A stretch of 64,000 nt of DNA. Origin: Candidatus Altimarinota bacterium (GTDB taxonomy: Bacteria; Patescibacteriota; Gracilibacteria; 1-14-2-50-48-13). Below the pieces are notes generated by a model, which was not told the origin of the DNA, did not search any database, and was given only the letters and a program-made list of their open reading frames with translations. Every line of letters begins with the position of its first letter. Position 1 is the first letter of the stretch. Shown here piece after piece: positions 29,838-38,416 of the stretch. The position numbers were made by a program, and so were the translations under genes. The stretch covers positions 928,001-992,000 of the forward strand of contig JBKBWQ010000001.1 in the NCBI GenBank assembly GCA_046314355.1. The letters are read 5' to 3'.

Positions 29838-30635
29838 CTATACTGTTAAATCAGAAGCTGACACTTTATCGGCGGTCTCGGTAGTTGTAGAAGAGTTTTG
29901 AATTGCTTTAACAAAATCAATACTTTCTTTATCTGTATTATCTAGGAAAGTTAAAAATTCTTTTTCTAAAGTAAGCTTTAGATCATCAGTTGGGAAAGTA
30001 TTTATATCAGTAGATAACAACATCAATCTTTTATTATCAGTTGCTGATACAATCCCAGTATTAACTAAATGAGATTTATTAATAAGAACTTCTTTATCAC
30101 CCCAATTAGTTTTACTCTTAGTTAGAAAGTTTAAGGAAATCTCAGAGTCATCATCAAAAGTTATTGGAAGGTTACTATCGTTAAAGATAAATTTTATTCT
30201 TTCATTTCTATTTTGTATATTATGAGAAATATAAGATGAAATGTAACCTAAATTTTTTATACTTAATTCTTGTTTATTTATAAAATTGAACAGTAACGTA
30301 ACTTTATCACGAAAGTCTTTTTTATAATTTGTTTCATTATCAGGTTGATCTTTTACTGTACTGATATTTTCTTCTAACTCTAGTTTATTACTACTATAAG
30401 TAAAAAAATAATTTATATCTAATCTATCCCTTGTTACCTTAAATTCAAAAGTATTTGGTTTGCTAATTATTAACCGAGGAACTTCAGGTGCAACATCATC
30501 AGGTAGAGGTAATAATAATGGTTTCATCTCATCAAATATAGAGATAAAGTCTGATATATATCTGTCAATTGGAAGAGAGTATATATCTAAAAAGAAAATT
30601 AGTTGTAATGAGGCTAGTCGAAATTCTTCCTTCAT
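29838..30635 (-). CDS. Island hypothetical protein, possibly TIGR04255-like
   Basis: LPLPDDVAPEVPRLII...RDRLDI and LSTDINT patterns; first gene of a tight three-gene unit. Family call is from recollection only. Confidence 0.55.
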   Translation of the reverse strand: MKEEFRLASLQLIFFLDIYSLPIDRYISDFISIFDEMKPLLLPLPDDVAPEVPRLIISKPNTFEFKVTRDRLDINYFFTYSSNKLELEENISTVKDQPDNETNYKKDFRDKVTLLFNFINKQELSIKNLGYISSYISHNIQNRNERIKFIFNDSNLPITFDDDSEISLNFLTKSKTNWGDKEVLINKSHLVNTGIVSATDNKRLMLLSTDINTFPTDDLKLTLEKEFLTFLDNTDKESIDFVKAIQNSSTTTETADKVSASDLTV

Positions 30636-30727
30636 AATATATAGCTTTATATAATTGCATTTATTGAGAACACCCTAGCATAAGAATATATAAATTCATA
30701 CAGAATTTTAGCTATGAGAATGTAAAT

Positions 30728-30805
30728 CTATACATATCTAATATGACCTATTGCTCTCATATCCTCAACAAAAGAGTTCCAACTTACATCCAGTTGGCTC
30801 ACCAT
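30728..30805 (-). CDS. Displaced C-terminal fragment of the serine recombinase at the right junction
   Basis: In frame with the integrase across the TCACCA core: (M/L)VSQLDVSWNSFVEDMRAIGHIRYV*. Confidence 0.7.
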   Translation of the reverse strand: MVSQLDVSWNSFVEDMRAIGHIRYV

Positions 30806-30904
30806 TCTTCGCTTCTCACGAAGCTACGAATGGCACGGCCAGAATGGAATGAATCTTCGCAAGCGAAGATTTTATAATATATAGCGAAGAATGTCCCTCG
30901 TAGC
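30803..30904. repeat. Nested palindromic element, probably the original trailer of tRNA-Glu
   Basis: CATTCTTCGCT/AGCGAAGAATG, GCTTC-tcac-GAAGC, AATCTTCGC-aa-GCGAAGATT and GCTACGA/TCGTAGC. Confidence 0.6.
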
Positions 30905-31215
30905 CTACTCAAAACTGTAAGTTGCTTGTTCATTGTGGCGTAGAGGGATGCCCAATCATAAAGCATTGATGTATTTTTGTACCCTGATGAGTCTATCACA
31001 GTTCTTTTTATAATATACACCGTAAAAAAATTTATCCCTAACTACTAAGTACCCCCACTATCACTCACACTCTGAGCCCTCAGAACACTACTCCCCACAC
31101 GTCCCCTCTTTTAAAAACTCCTTTGTTTTTAATCTGGCTATGCTATACTTCCCCTGTCAAGATACAAACAAATGGTAGAGAAATACCCTCTTACGTTCTC
31201 ACGCCATACTACTAC

Positions 31216-31443
31216 ATGATAGATATCCTCGTTCTATTCATTGCATGGATTGCAGCTATTATCGGCTGTGTTTTTTCACTGCATCGCGTCAACCAATACA
31301 TCACAAAATACCGTTTGTTGGAGACTCAAAGGTCTCTTCTTTTTGGTAAAGTGCATCTTAGACATATTAAAAAAATTTATGTAGGCTTTCTGATACTTAT
31401 TGGCATATTCATCTGTCTTTATTTCATCCTCTTTTTGTTTTAA
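31216..31443 (+). CDS. Small 2-TM membrane protein
   Basis: ATG at 31216 (MIDILVLFIAW); ends 2 nt before the next gene. Confidence 0.65.
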   Translation: MIDILVLFIAWIAAIIGCVFSLHRVNQYITKYRLLETQRSLLFGKVHLRHIKKIYVGFLILIGIFICLYFILFLF

Positions 31444-31445
31444 TT

Positions 31446-32018
31446 ATGTCTGAAAATATTACGTACCCTATAAAGCATTTTAGAGGTCAGACCCAGGATG
31501 AGAGGGTTATTCTTTTTTTTAGAAAACACTGGATTGTACTCCTGAAGTACTTCTTTTACGGATTACTTGCGGTATTTGTCTTCATAGCAAATGTAGTCAT
31601 AGTCTTTGTAACTATAAGTAATGCAAATCTTGAGACCGCATATCCTATCCGTATCTATCTGACCATCTCGACACTTCTTCTTTTAATCTTTGCTGCATAT
31701 ATTTTTACAAATCTTATCAACTATTATCTCGATATTGTCATTATTACAAATATGCGGGTAGTGGAAGTACATAAGACTATTTTCTTTCAGAATAAGGTCT
31801 CCGGCGTAGATCTGAGTAATATTCATGATATTAGAGCAGAAAAAGAAGGCTTTATCTCAAATAGTCTTAGTTTTGGAAATATCATCCTCTCCTCTCACAC
31901 TACCAATTTTGAGAAAACACTTACAGCGATACCCACTCCCCATTATTATGCGGATATTCTTTCAAAACTAAAACATGGGAATATTGTCATAGATAGTATA
32001 AAAAAAGATGTACTCTAA
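31446..32018 (+). CDS. Membrane protein with a bacterial PH (bPH_2-like) domain
   Basis: ERVILFFRKHW, two TMs, IITNMRVV and FGNIIL. Confidence 0.8.
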   Translation: MSENITYPIKHFRGQTQDERVILFFRKHWIVLLKYFFYGLLAVFVFIANVVIVFVTISNANLETAYPIRIYLTISTLLLLIFAAYIFTNLINYYLDIVIITNMRVVEVHKTIFFQNKVSGVDLSNIHDIRAEKEGFISNSLSFGNIILSSHTTNFEKTLTAIPTPHYYADILSKLKHGNIVIDSIKKDVL

Positions 32019-32088
32019 AGCAGTAACCTTGCGCTTTATTTTCAAGAGAGTATAAGCTTTTCAAAGAAAAGCATTATTTTCTTAATCT

Positions 32089-32319
32089 ATGATTATGAAG
32101 AACTCAGAAAATTATTTCTCACATAAAGACCTCGATAAAAATTTTAAGGCTGCACAAAATGTATTAGTTGAGTTAAGGGAAATTGCAGAAAGTGAAGTCT
32201 ATATTCCTGAGAATTCCAAAAGCTACGAAAATATTTCTAGTGTCCCAGGAGTAGACAGAGTTCTACAGGAGATACACTCACTTGTAATGGAGGAAGTTTA
32301 CACACCAAAAAGCATCTAA
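32089..32319 (+). CDS. Small hypothetical protein
   Basis: 76-aa ORF co-oriented with its neighbours. Confidence 0.5.
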   Translation: MIMKNSENYFSHKDLDKNFKAAQNVLVELREIAESEVYIPENSKSYENISSVPGVDRVLQEIHSLVMEEVYTPKSI

Positions 32320-32360
32320 CCTTATAAGCTAAGAATACTTTTAACTACATATCTGTTCGT

Positions 32361-32873
32361 ATGAAAAATTATCTTAAACTCTCAGCACTATACTTCCTCG
32401 CATTCTATGTAAGTGCATCACTCTTCTTTTTCATCGCAACACTTCTCGTTACAGGTAATACTCAGACCTGTATTTTCAGTACTTTTCAAGGCAGTTCGAG
32501 CTATCACTGCATGTTTCCATATCAATATATTGCAGCTCTCTGTCTTGCTGCAGCTCTTGTTATTCCGCTTTGGATTAAATATTTTTATCAGACAAACTGG
32601 GTAAAAAAATACGGCACACTTCTTCTTTCTTTTCTGCTTATTATTTTTATCTCCAGTATCTTCGGTGGCATTCTCTGGGCAACTCATGAGATAATCGTCG
32701 TAGGAGATCATAGAGGTATGGGCTGGCCATTATTTTATTGGTTTGAAATAAAGAATACACTTGGGTACGGATGGATAGTTCTTGCTAGATCCTTTCCATA
32801 TAATTTAGTCATACTCATCTTAGGAGGAATATTTATAAATTATTCTGCAAAATACGCTCTCAGAAGCATTTAA
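32361..32873 (+). CDS. 4-TM membrane protein
   Basis: Four hydrophobic segments. Confidence 0.7.
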   Translation: MKNYLKLSALYFLAFYVSASLFFFIATLLVTGNTQTCIFSTFQGSSSYHCMFPYQYIAALCLAAALVIPLWIKYFYQTNWVKKYGTLLLSFLLIIFISSIFGGILWATHEIIVVGDHRGMGWPLFYWFEIKNTLGYGWIVLARSFPYNLVILILGGIFINYSAKYALRSI

Positions 32874-32973
32874 AGGATGTTAGAAAAGCTTTTTACTGTT
32901 AAATTTTTCGTTTTCCTATAGAATAGAAATTATCTCAAAGGATAGGTACCAGATCTCCTAACCCTCCCCTTTC

Positions 32974-34329
32974 ATGTCTACAAATCTCAAAATAGGATTA
33001 CTAGCTTTTACACTATTTTTCTCACTCCAGTCTGTCTCTGCACAGCAGTCATCTTTCAATGATACTTCCAATTACCCTTGGAAAGCATCTATTAACTACC
33101 TCTCTTCCAGAGGTATTATTCAAGGTTACGCTGATGGCTCTTTCCAGCCTATCAATAAAATTAATCGTGCAGAATTTACAAAGATTATCATTGGAGCTCT
33201 GTATCCGGAGGAAATAAAAACCTTTTCCAAAGACTCCTGTTTTCCTGACGTACCTGCAAATGAATGGTTTACTCCCTACATATGTTTAGGAAAGACTAAG
33301 GGAATCATCAAAGGCAATCCTGACGGCAAATTCCATCCAGCAAATCTCATCAATCAAGCAGAATCATTAAAGATACTTCTGACAGGATTTGGACTTTCTC
33401 AAGAAAGCACCTCTGGGACATGGTATCAGCCTTTTTTTGATACCGCTTCAGCACTAAAAATGTATTATTTTACAAAAGAAGATGCTCCAGCCTATGAGAT
33501 TAGCCGAGGTGAGATGGCTTACTTTACAGCCTGGCTTCTGAGTAGAAAAGAAGGACAAAAGGTAGACCAGCTTCCTGGCATTACTGAGAGATTTAGTTAT
33601 TCCAAAAATGGAGATACCTATACAGTCAAAATAAATGCAAGTCAGGTACAAATGCGGATCATGTCAGGCAATGAATCCCTGAGGCATAAGGAGCTCTCAC
33701 CGCCTGATAACTGCAACTACCCGCATCATTGTATTGCAGAGGCTCAAGCAGAAACTTTCTCAAGTTTTATTAATAGATCTCACAAAAAACTTGTGGTAAA
33801 CGGAAGCTTCTTTGATGCCTATTCAAAGGCACTTGATGGCAAGAATTTTCATCAAATATCATCAGATATTATTATCAACGGCGCAATGAAATCCATGTAC
33901 GGATGGGATAATGCCTTTGGTGACGGAGGTATGCTTGCGCAGCTTTCAGATGGATCTTTCAAACTTTTCTACCCTATTCGTGAATGGTTATCGAGCACTA
34001 TTTCAGTACAAAACGCTCTTTCAAATTATCCGCTGATTCTCAAGAACGGAGTCGTTCGGGAAAAGAATGATATTCCTATGTATGATGAAAATGATGTTAA
34101 ATTCTGGAGTTCTGGAAGAAGAGGTGGATTCGCACTCTCACAGGATAAGCAAACTATCATCTATGTCAGTACACTTGGAACTGTCTCAGATCTTGGAAGA
34201 AAGCTCAAGGAGGCTGGAGGATATCTAGGATTTGCACTGGATGCCGGGTCTTCAAACGGATTTTACTTTAATGGAACTACTTTTATTAATCCTGGGAGAA
34301 AGCTCACGACGGTTGTGGAGATTTACTAG
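32974..34329 (+). CDS. SLH-domain protein with a C-terminal phosphodiester glycosidase (NAGPA-like) domain
   Basis: Signal peptide and SLH repeats; VVNGSFF, PLILKNG, RRGGFAL and ALDAGSS motifs. Confidence 0.8.
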   Translation: MSTNLKIGLLAFTLFFSLQSVSAQQSSFNDTSNYPWKASINYLSSRGIIQGYADGSFQPINKINRAEFTKIIIGALYPEEIKTFSKDSCFPDVPANEWFTPYICLGKTKGIIKGNPDGKFHPANLINQAESLKILLTGFGLSQESTSGTWYQPFFDTASALKMYYFTKEDAPAYEISRGEMAYFTAWLLSRKEGQKVDQLPGITERFSYSKNGDTYTVKINASQVQMRIMSGNESLRHKELSPPDNCNYPHHCIAEAQAETFSSFINRSHKKLVVNGSFFDAYSKALDGKNFHQISSDIIINGAMKSMYGWDNAFGDGGMLAQLSDGSFKLFYPIREWLSSTISVQNALSNYPLILKNGVVREKNDIPMYDENDVKFWSSGRRGGFALSQDKQTIIYVSTLGTVSDLGRKLKEAGGYLGFALDAGSSNGFYFNGTTFINPGRKLTTVVEIY

Positions 34330-34368
34330 TTCTTATGTATATCTCAGCCACATATGCTACCCCTCTTT

Positions 34369-34890
34369 TTATTCTTCAAAATGAGAAAATATAATCTTTG
34401 AATCAAGCTGATGCAAAAATAATGCATTCACATTTTTTCCTGCAAGAACTTTAGGTATCCAAAATTGGTATGCTTCCCACATGCGCTCAAAAGGTAATTC
34501 ATCTTTATGAAACCAAATGGGTTTTATTACATCTGTCTCTACTGGTTCGCCCTCCCACTCCTCTATAAGAAAAACGGTAATATCCATATTGTAATGTGAT
34601 TTCTCAGGAACATTAATATGCCTTATCCGTCCAATTTGAGTCATACCTGTAATCTTGATTCCAATCTCTTCCTCAGCTTCCCGTATCATTGCTTCCTCAT
34701 GAGTTTCATTTTTAAATGCTTCTTCATCACCCACCTTTCCTCCTATTCCAGCAATAAGATTTTCTCCCAAATTCATAGATACTTTTTTACGAAGTCCCAT
34801 AAGTATCTGATCTTCTTTTAAACAAAATCCCACAACTGCAGGTACAAAACGAGCATTCAGTTCCAGTACTTTTTTATCTATCGCATTCAT
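34369..34890 (-). CDS. NUDIX hydrolase (MutT/MTH1-like)
   Basis: GIGGKV...EEAMIREAEEEIGI; GEPVETDVIKPIWF; LPFERMW. Confidence 0.88.
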   Translation of the reverse strand: MNAIDKKVLELNARFVPAVVGFCLKEDQILMGLRKKVSMNLGENLIAGIGGKVGDEEAFKNETHEEAMIREAEEEIGIKITGMTQIGRIRHINVPEKSHYNMDITVFLIEEWEGEPVETDVIKPIWFHKDELPFERMWEAYQFWIPKVLAGKNVNALFLHQLDSKIIFSHFEE

Positions 34891-34914
34891 AAGTCACTAT
34901 AAGTAATAATATGC

Positions 34915-34973
34915 TTGCATAGTATTCTCTTTTTTCCTACTGTATATGCACATTATGCACATTTTTTGCACAT
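34915..34973 (+). promoter_or_regulatory. Promoter followed by three TGCACAT direct repeats (putative operator)
   Basis: TTGCAT-N17-TACTGT; TGCACAT at 34947, 34956 and 34967. Confidence 0.55.
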
Positions 34974-34980
34974 ACATTTT

Positions 34981-35598
34981 ATGAAAATTTACTTTACCTG
35001 TTCCACCGCTGATTTCTTTACACATAAGAATGAATACTTTGCGATAAGAGAGACTCTTTTAAAACACAATCATATTCTTACTCGTGACTGGCTGATTGAG
35101 ACTGAAGAGGCATTGATGAATTACAAAAAAGACATATGTAATGTCAAAGATACCTATTCAAAATGTGTCCAAGCTCTTCGGGATGCTGATCTCGTCATCA
35201 TAGAAGATACGGTTTCAAACTTCAGTACTGGTCATCAAATTACTCTCGCTCTTCAATATAAACGCCCTACTCTTGTTCTCTGGAAGAAAGAAAAACCAAA
35301 ACATTTTAAACAAATGTTCATTCATGGAGTAGAGTCAGAGTTTCTTGAAATAGCAGAATATGATCTAGATACCTTGGAACAAAATATTCTTACTTTTATT
35401 TCTAAGTATGCTCACGCTGAAGAGAAAAACAGGTTTCACCTGGTACTGAATGGTGTTGAAAGACAGTATTTAGACTGGTCACAATTCAATAAAAGTAAAA
35501 GCCGCACTACGCTTATTCGAGAGGCATTGAAAAATATGATGAATAACGATCAAGAATATTCAAGATACCTCTATAAAGGTGAACAAACTCTTCTTTAG
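34981..35598 (+). CDS. Nucleoside 2-deoxyribosyltransferase-like domain fused to a C-terminal ribbon-helix-helix-like domain
   Basis: MKIYFTCS...ADLVIIEDTVSNFSTGHQITLALQYKRPTLVL, then RFHLVLNGVERQYLDW...SRTTLIREAL. ATG at 34981 is preferred. Confidence 0.7.
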   Translation: MKIYFTCSTADFFTHKNEYFAIRETLLKHNHILTRDWLIETEEALMNYKKDICNVKDTYSKCVQALRDADLVIIEDTVSNFSTGHQITLALQYKRPTLVLWKKEKPKHFKQMFIHGVESEFLEIAEYDLDTLEQNILTFISKYAHAEEKNRFHLVLNGVERQYLDWSQFNKSKSRTTLIREALKNMMNNDQEYSRYLYKGEQTLL

Positions 35599-35648
35599 AA
35601 ATTTATAAAAAAGTGCTATACTATCCCATTATACCGTTATTCTAATAT

Positions 35649-36035
35649 ATGTTTAAAAATGCACATACCTTCAGCAGCTTCTCTACAGATAATATAGAAA
35701 AAGCTAAAGAATTTTATGGAGATATACTTGGTCTTGAGATCAAAGAAGACAAAGAAATGGGACTTCTTGGTATACATCTAAAAAATGGAGGAGAAATAAT
35801 GATCTATCCAAAGAATGATCATACGCCTGCCACATTTACAGTGCTAAACTTTAATGTAGATGATATTGAAAAAAGCGTAGATGAGCTTACCTCAAAAGGT
35901 GTGAAGTTTGAGCAGTATCACCAAGAAGGACTTACTACTAATGAAAAAGGTATCAGCCGCAGCGAATACGGTCCTACGGCAGTTGCATGGTTCAAAGATA
36001 ATGCAGGTAATATCATCTCAGTGATTCAGGAGTAG
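35649..36035 (+). CDS. VOC/glyoxalase family protein
   Basis: DNIEKAKEFYGDILGL, LNFNVDDIE and AWFKDNAGNII. Confidence 0.9.
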   Translation: MFKNAHTFSSFSTDNIEKAKEFYGDILGLEIKEDKEMGLLGIHLKNGGEIMIYPKNDHTPATFTVLNFNVDDIEKSVDELTSKGVKFEQYHQEGLTTNEKGISRSEYGPTAVAWFKDNAGNIISVIQE

Positions 36036-36043
36036 CCAAGAGA

Positions 36044-36466
36044 CTAGAGAACGTCACCTGAAAAATTTTTGATAAATTCTTCGCAGGTGTTCATTTCATG
36101 TATCTCAATAAGATTACCACACGTATCTTCAAAAATTGCCACAATTCCCCACTCTGTATGTTTCGGAGGCTGTCTGAATACAATACCCAGATCTTTGAGT
36201 TTTTGATACTCTCTCTGAACATTTGCAATTCCAAGTACAATAATCGGGATTCGTTTTTCTAAAATTATTTTTTGGTATGTTTCCACATGAGGAGCATTAT
36301 TCGGCTCCAATAAAAGTGCAGTTCCTTCAGGATCTTCAGGCGAGACTACAACTGCAAGATTCATCTCAGGCATATAAATCTTTTCCTTAAATCCAAGGAT
36401 CTCTGTATAAAATTTAAATGCTTTAGGCACATCATCGACAAAAACATTTGTAAGCAGTATTTTCAT
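36044..36466 (-). CDS. VOC/glyoxalase family protein
   Basis: VFVDDVPKAFKFYTEILGF and FEDTCGNLIEI. Confidence 0.9.
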   Translation of the reverse strand: MKILLTNVFVDDVPKAFKFYTEILGFKEKIYMPEMNLAVVVSPEDPEGTALLLEPNNAPHVETYQKIILEKRIPIIVLGIANVQREYQKLKDLGIVFRQPPKHTEWGIVAIFEDTCGNLIEIHEMNTCEEFIKNFSGDVL

Positions 36467-36627
36467 AATCGTAATATTCAGTAGTAGTACACAATGACCT
36501 ATACTATCAAAATAAAAAAGTAGCGCTAGGTTATTTTATATGAAAAGAATATAAAAATTATTCTTCTCTTTTTATGAATATTCACTACAATCAAAATGCA
36601 GTTATCAATAATAATTATTAGTAATAT

Positions 36628-38271
36628 ATGAATGCTTCCGAATTATTTGTAAAATGTCTGGAACAGGAAGGTGTCGAATATATCTTCGGTGTCCCTGGTG
36701 AAGAGAATCTAGCATTTCTAGAAGCTCTAAGAACTTCAAAAATCAAAATGATCGTAACTCGACACGAGCAAGCTGCAGCCTTTATGGCAGCTACATATGG
36801 ACGTTTGACTGGTCGGACTGGTGTTGCTTTATCTACTCTCGGACCTGGAGCCACGAATTTTGTGACTGCAGTTGCATATGCACAGCTTGGAGGGATGCCT
36901 CTTCTGATCATTACAGGACAAAAACCTATCAAGAAGAGTAAGCAGGGACGCTTTCAGATCATCGATGTAGTACAGATGATGAAACCCATTACAAAAATGG
37001 CTGAGAGAATAGTAAGCAGTGACCGAATCCCCTCTCTCGTGAGAGAGGCTTTCAAGATCGCCGAAGATGAACGTCCAGGGGCAGTGCATCTCGAACTCCC
37101 TGAAGACATCGCAGATGAAACCGTTGAAGATCTTTCTCCTTTAGAGAGGATCAAAGTACGGCGTCCGGGACCTGATCCTAAAGCCATTACAGAAGCTGTT
37201 GCAATGATTGAAAAAGCAAAACATCCACTTCTTGTCATCGCAGCCGGTGCAAATAGAAAGCTGATATCCCGGAGACTCTCTGAATTTGTAGAGAAAACTG
37301 GCATTCCATTTGTTACCACACAGATGGGTAAAGGTGTAGTCGACGAAAGAAATGATTTATATATGGGAACAACAGCGCTTACGGCGGATGATTACGTTCA
37401 CTGTATTGTGGAAAAAGCCGACCTGATTATCACAGTCGGTCATGATGTCTATGAGAAACCGCCTGCTCTTTTGGGACAGGGAAAGAAAAAAGTACTCCAT
37501 ATTCATTTTTATCCAGCAGCTATAGACGATGTCTACTTCCCAAATTATGAAGTAGTAGGAGATATTGCCCATACTATGTGGGCACTTTCAGAGGCAGTCA
37601 CACCACAGTCACATTGGGATTTTAGTACATTTATCAAGAATAAGTCTCAAGGTGAAAAATTCATTCATACAAAAGATGACGTCTCTTCATTTCCTATCAT
37701 TCCACAGCGTTTTGTAGCAGATTTGAGAAAAGTTATCCCTGAGGACGGAATAATAGCTCTCGACAACGGTGTATACAAACTCTGGGTAGCAAGAAATTAT
37801 CCGGCAATCGGACAGAATACTGTACTGCTCGATAACGCACTTGCTACGATGGGAGCAGGTCTGCCATCAGCAATGGGAGCAAAAATGATTTATCCTGAAA
37901 AAGTAGTAGTGGCTATCTGCGGAGACGGAGGATTTATGATGAATTCTCAGGAGATCGAAACAGCGGTACGGTTGAAACTCGATCTTGTAGTGATTATCCT
38001 AAATGACAATGGCTACGGCATGATCAAATGGAAGCAGAAAGGTATGGGGCTTCCTGACTTTGCACTCGACTACGGTAATCCCGACTTTGTAAAATATGCG
38101 GAGAGTTATGGCGCATACGGACATCGTCTAGACAAGACAGAAAACTTCGAGAAACTTCTCTCTGACTGCATCCGGTCAAAAGGCGTACATATTATAGAAG
38201 TCCCTGTAGACTATTCAGAAAATCACACAGTCTTCTATGAAGAATTAAAATCAAAACAGTGTGAAGTATAA
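36628..38271 (+). CDS. ThDP-dependent acetolactate-synthase-like enzyme
   Basis: FGVPGEEN, RHEQAAAFMA, TLGPGATN and the ThDP motif GDGGFMM...NDN. Confidence 0.92.
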   Translation: MNASELFVKCLEQEGVEYIFGVPGEENLAFLEALRTSKIKMIVTRHEQAAAFMAATYGRLTGRTGVALSTLGPGATNFVTAVAYAQLGGMPLLIITGQKPIKKSKQGRFQIIDVVQMMKPITKMAERIVSSDRIPSLVREAFKIAEDERPGAVHLELPEDIADETVEDLSPLERIKVRRPGPDPKAITEAVAMIEKAKHPLLVIAAGANRKLISRRLSEFVEKTGIPFVTTQMGKGVVDERNDLYMGTTALTADDYVHCIVEKADLIITVGHDVYEKPPALLGQGKKKVLHIHFYPAAIDDVYFPNYEVVGDIAHTMWALSEAVTPQSHWDFSTFIKNKSQGEKFIHTKDDVSSFPIIPQRFVADLRKVIPEDGIIALDNGVYKLWVARNYPAIGQNTVLLDNALATMGAGLPSAMGAKMIYPEKVVVAICGDGGFMMNSQEIETAVRLKLDLVVIILNDNGYGMIKWKQKGMGLPDFALDYGNPDFVKYAESYGAYGHRLDKTENFEKLLSDCIRSKGVHIIEVPVDYSENHTVFYEELKSKQCEV

Positions 38272-38276
38272 ATGTC

Positions 38277-38333
38277 GTCATCCTGCAGAGTGACGCACTG
38301 TCTTTAGCAACTAATAGCAGAACTGCAGGACCC
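38277..38333 (+). repeat. GTCATCC-type palindromic repeat, copy 1
   Basis: GTCATCCTGCAGAGTGA-N7-TCTTTAG-N12-GAACTGCAGGACC. Confidence 0.75.
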
Positions 38334-38416
38334 AAATAACACAGTATCTTGAAGTCTCTTACTCCTGATGATGATACTTTAGTCCACTCGCAATTCCTAT
38401 CCTTAACTCTTTCACC

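Larger units (their letters stand above)
23987..30804. mobile_element. About 6.8 kb integrative element inserted at the tRNA-Glu 3' end by a large serine recombinase
   Basis: Core TCACCA at 23987-23992 and 30799-30804. Element-side arms CCAACTG and CAGTTGG are reverse complements. Recombinase at the left end; cargo visibly more AT-rich than the flanks. Confidence 0.85.

Noticed and set aside
30799-31020. 73-aa minus-strand ORF
   Set aside because: It spans the palindromic element, is out of frame with the integrase tail and has no recognisable motif.
30600-31120. Long duplication of the tRNA 3' end as attR
   Set aside because: No T-arm copy was found by eye; only the 6-bp TCACCA core is shared, as expected for a serine recombinase.
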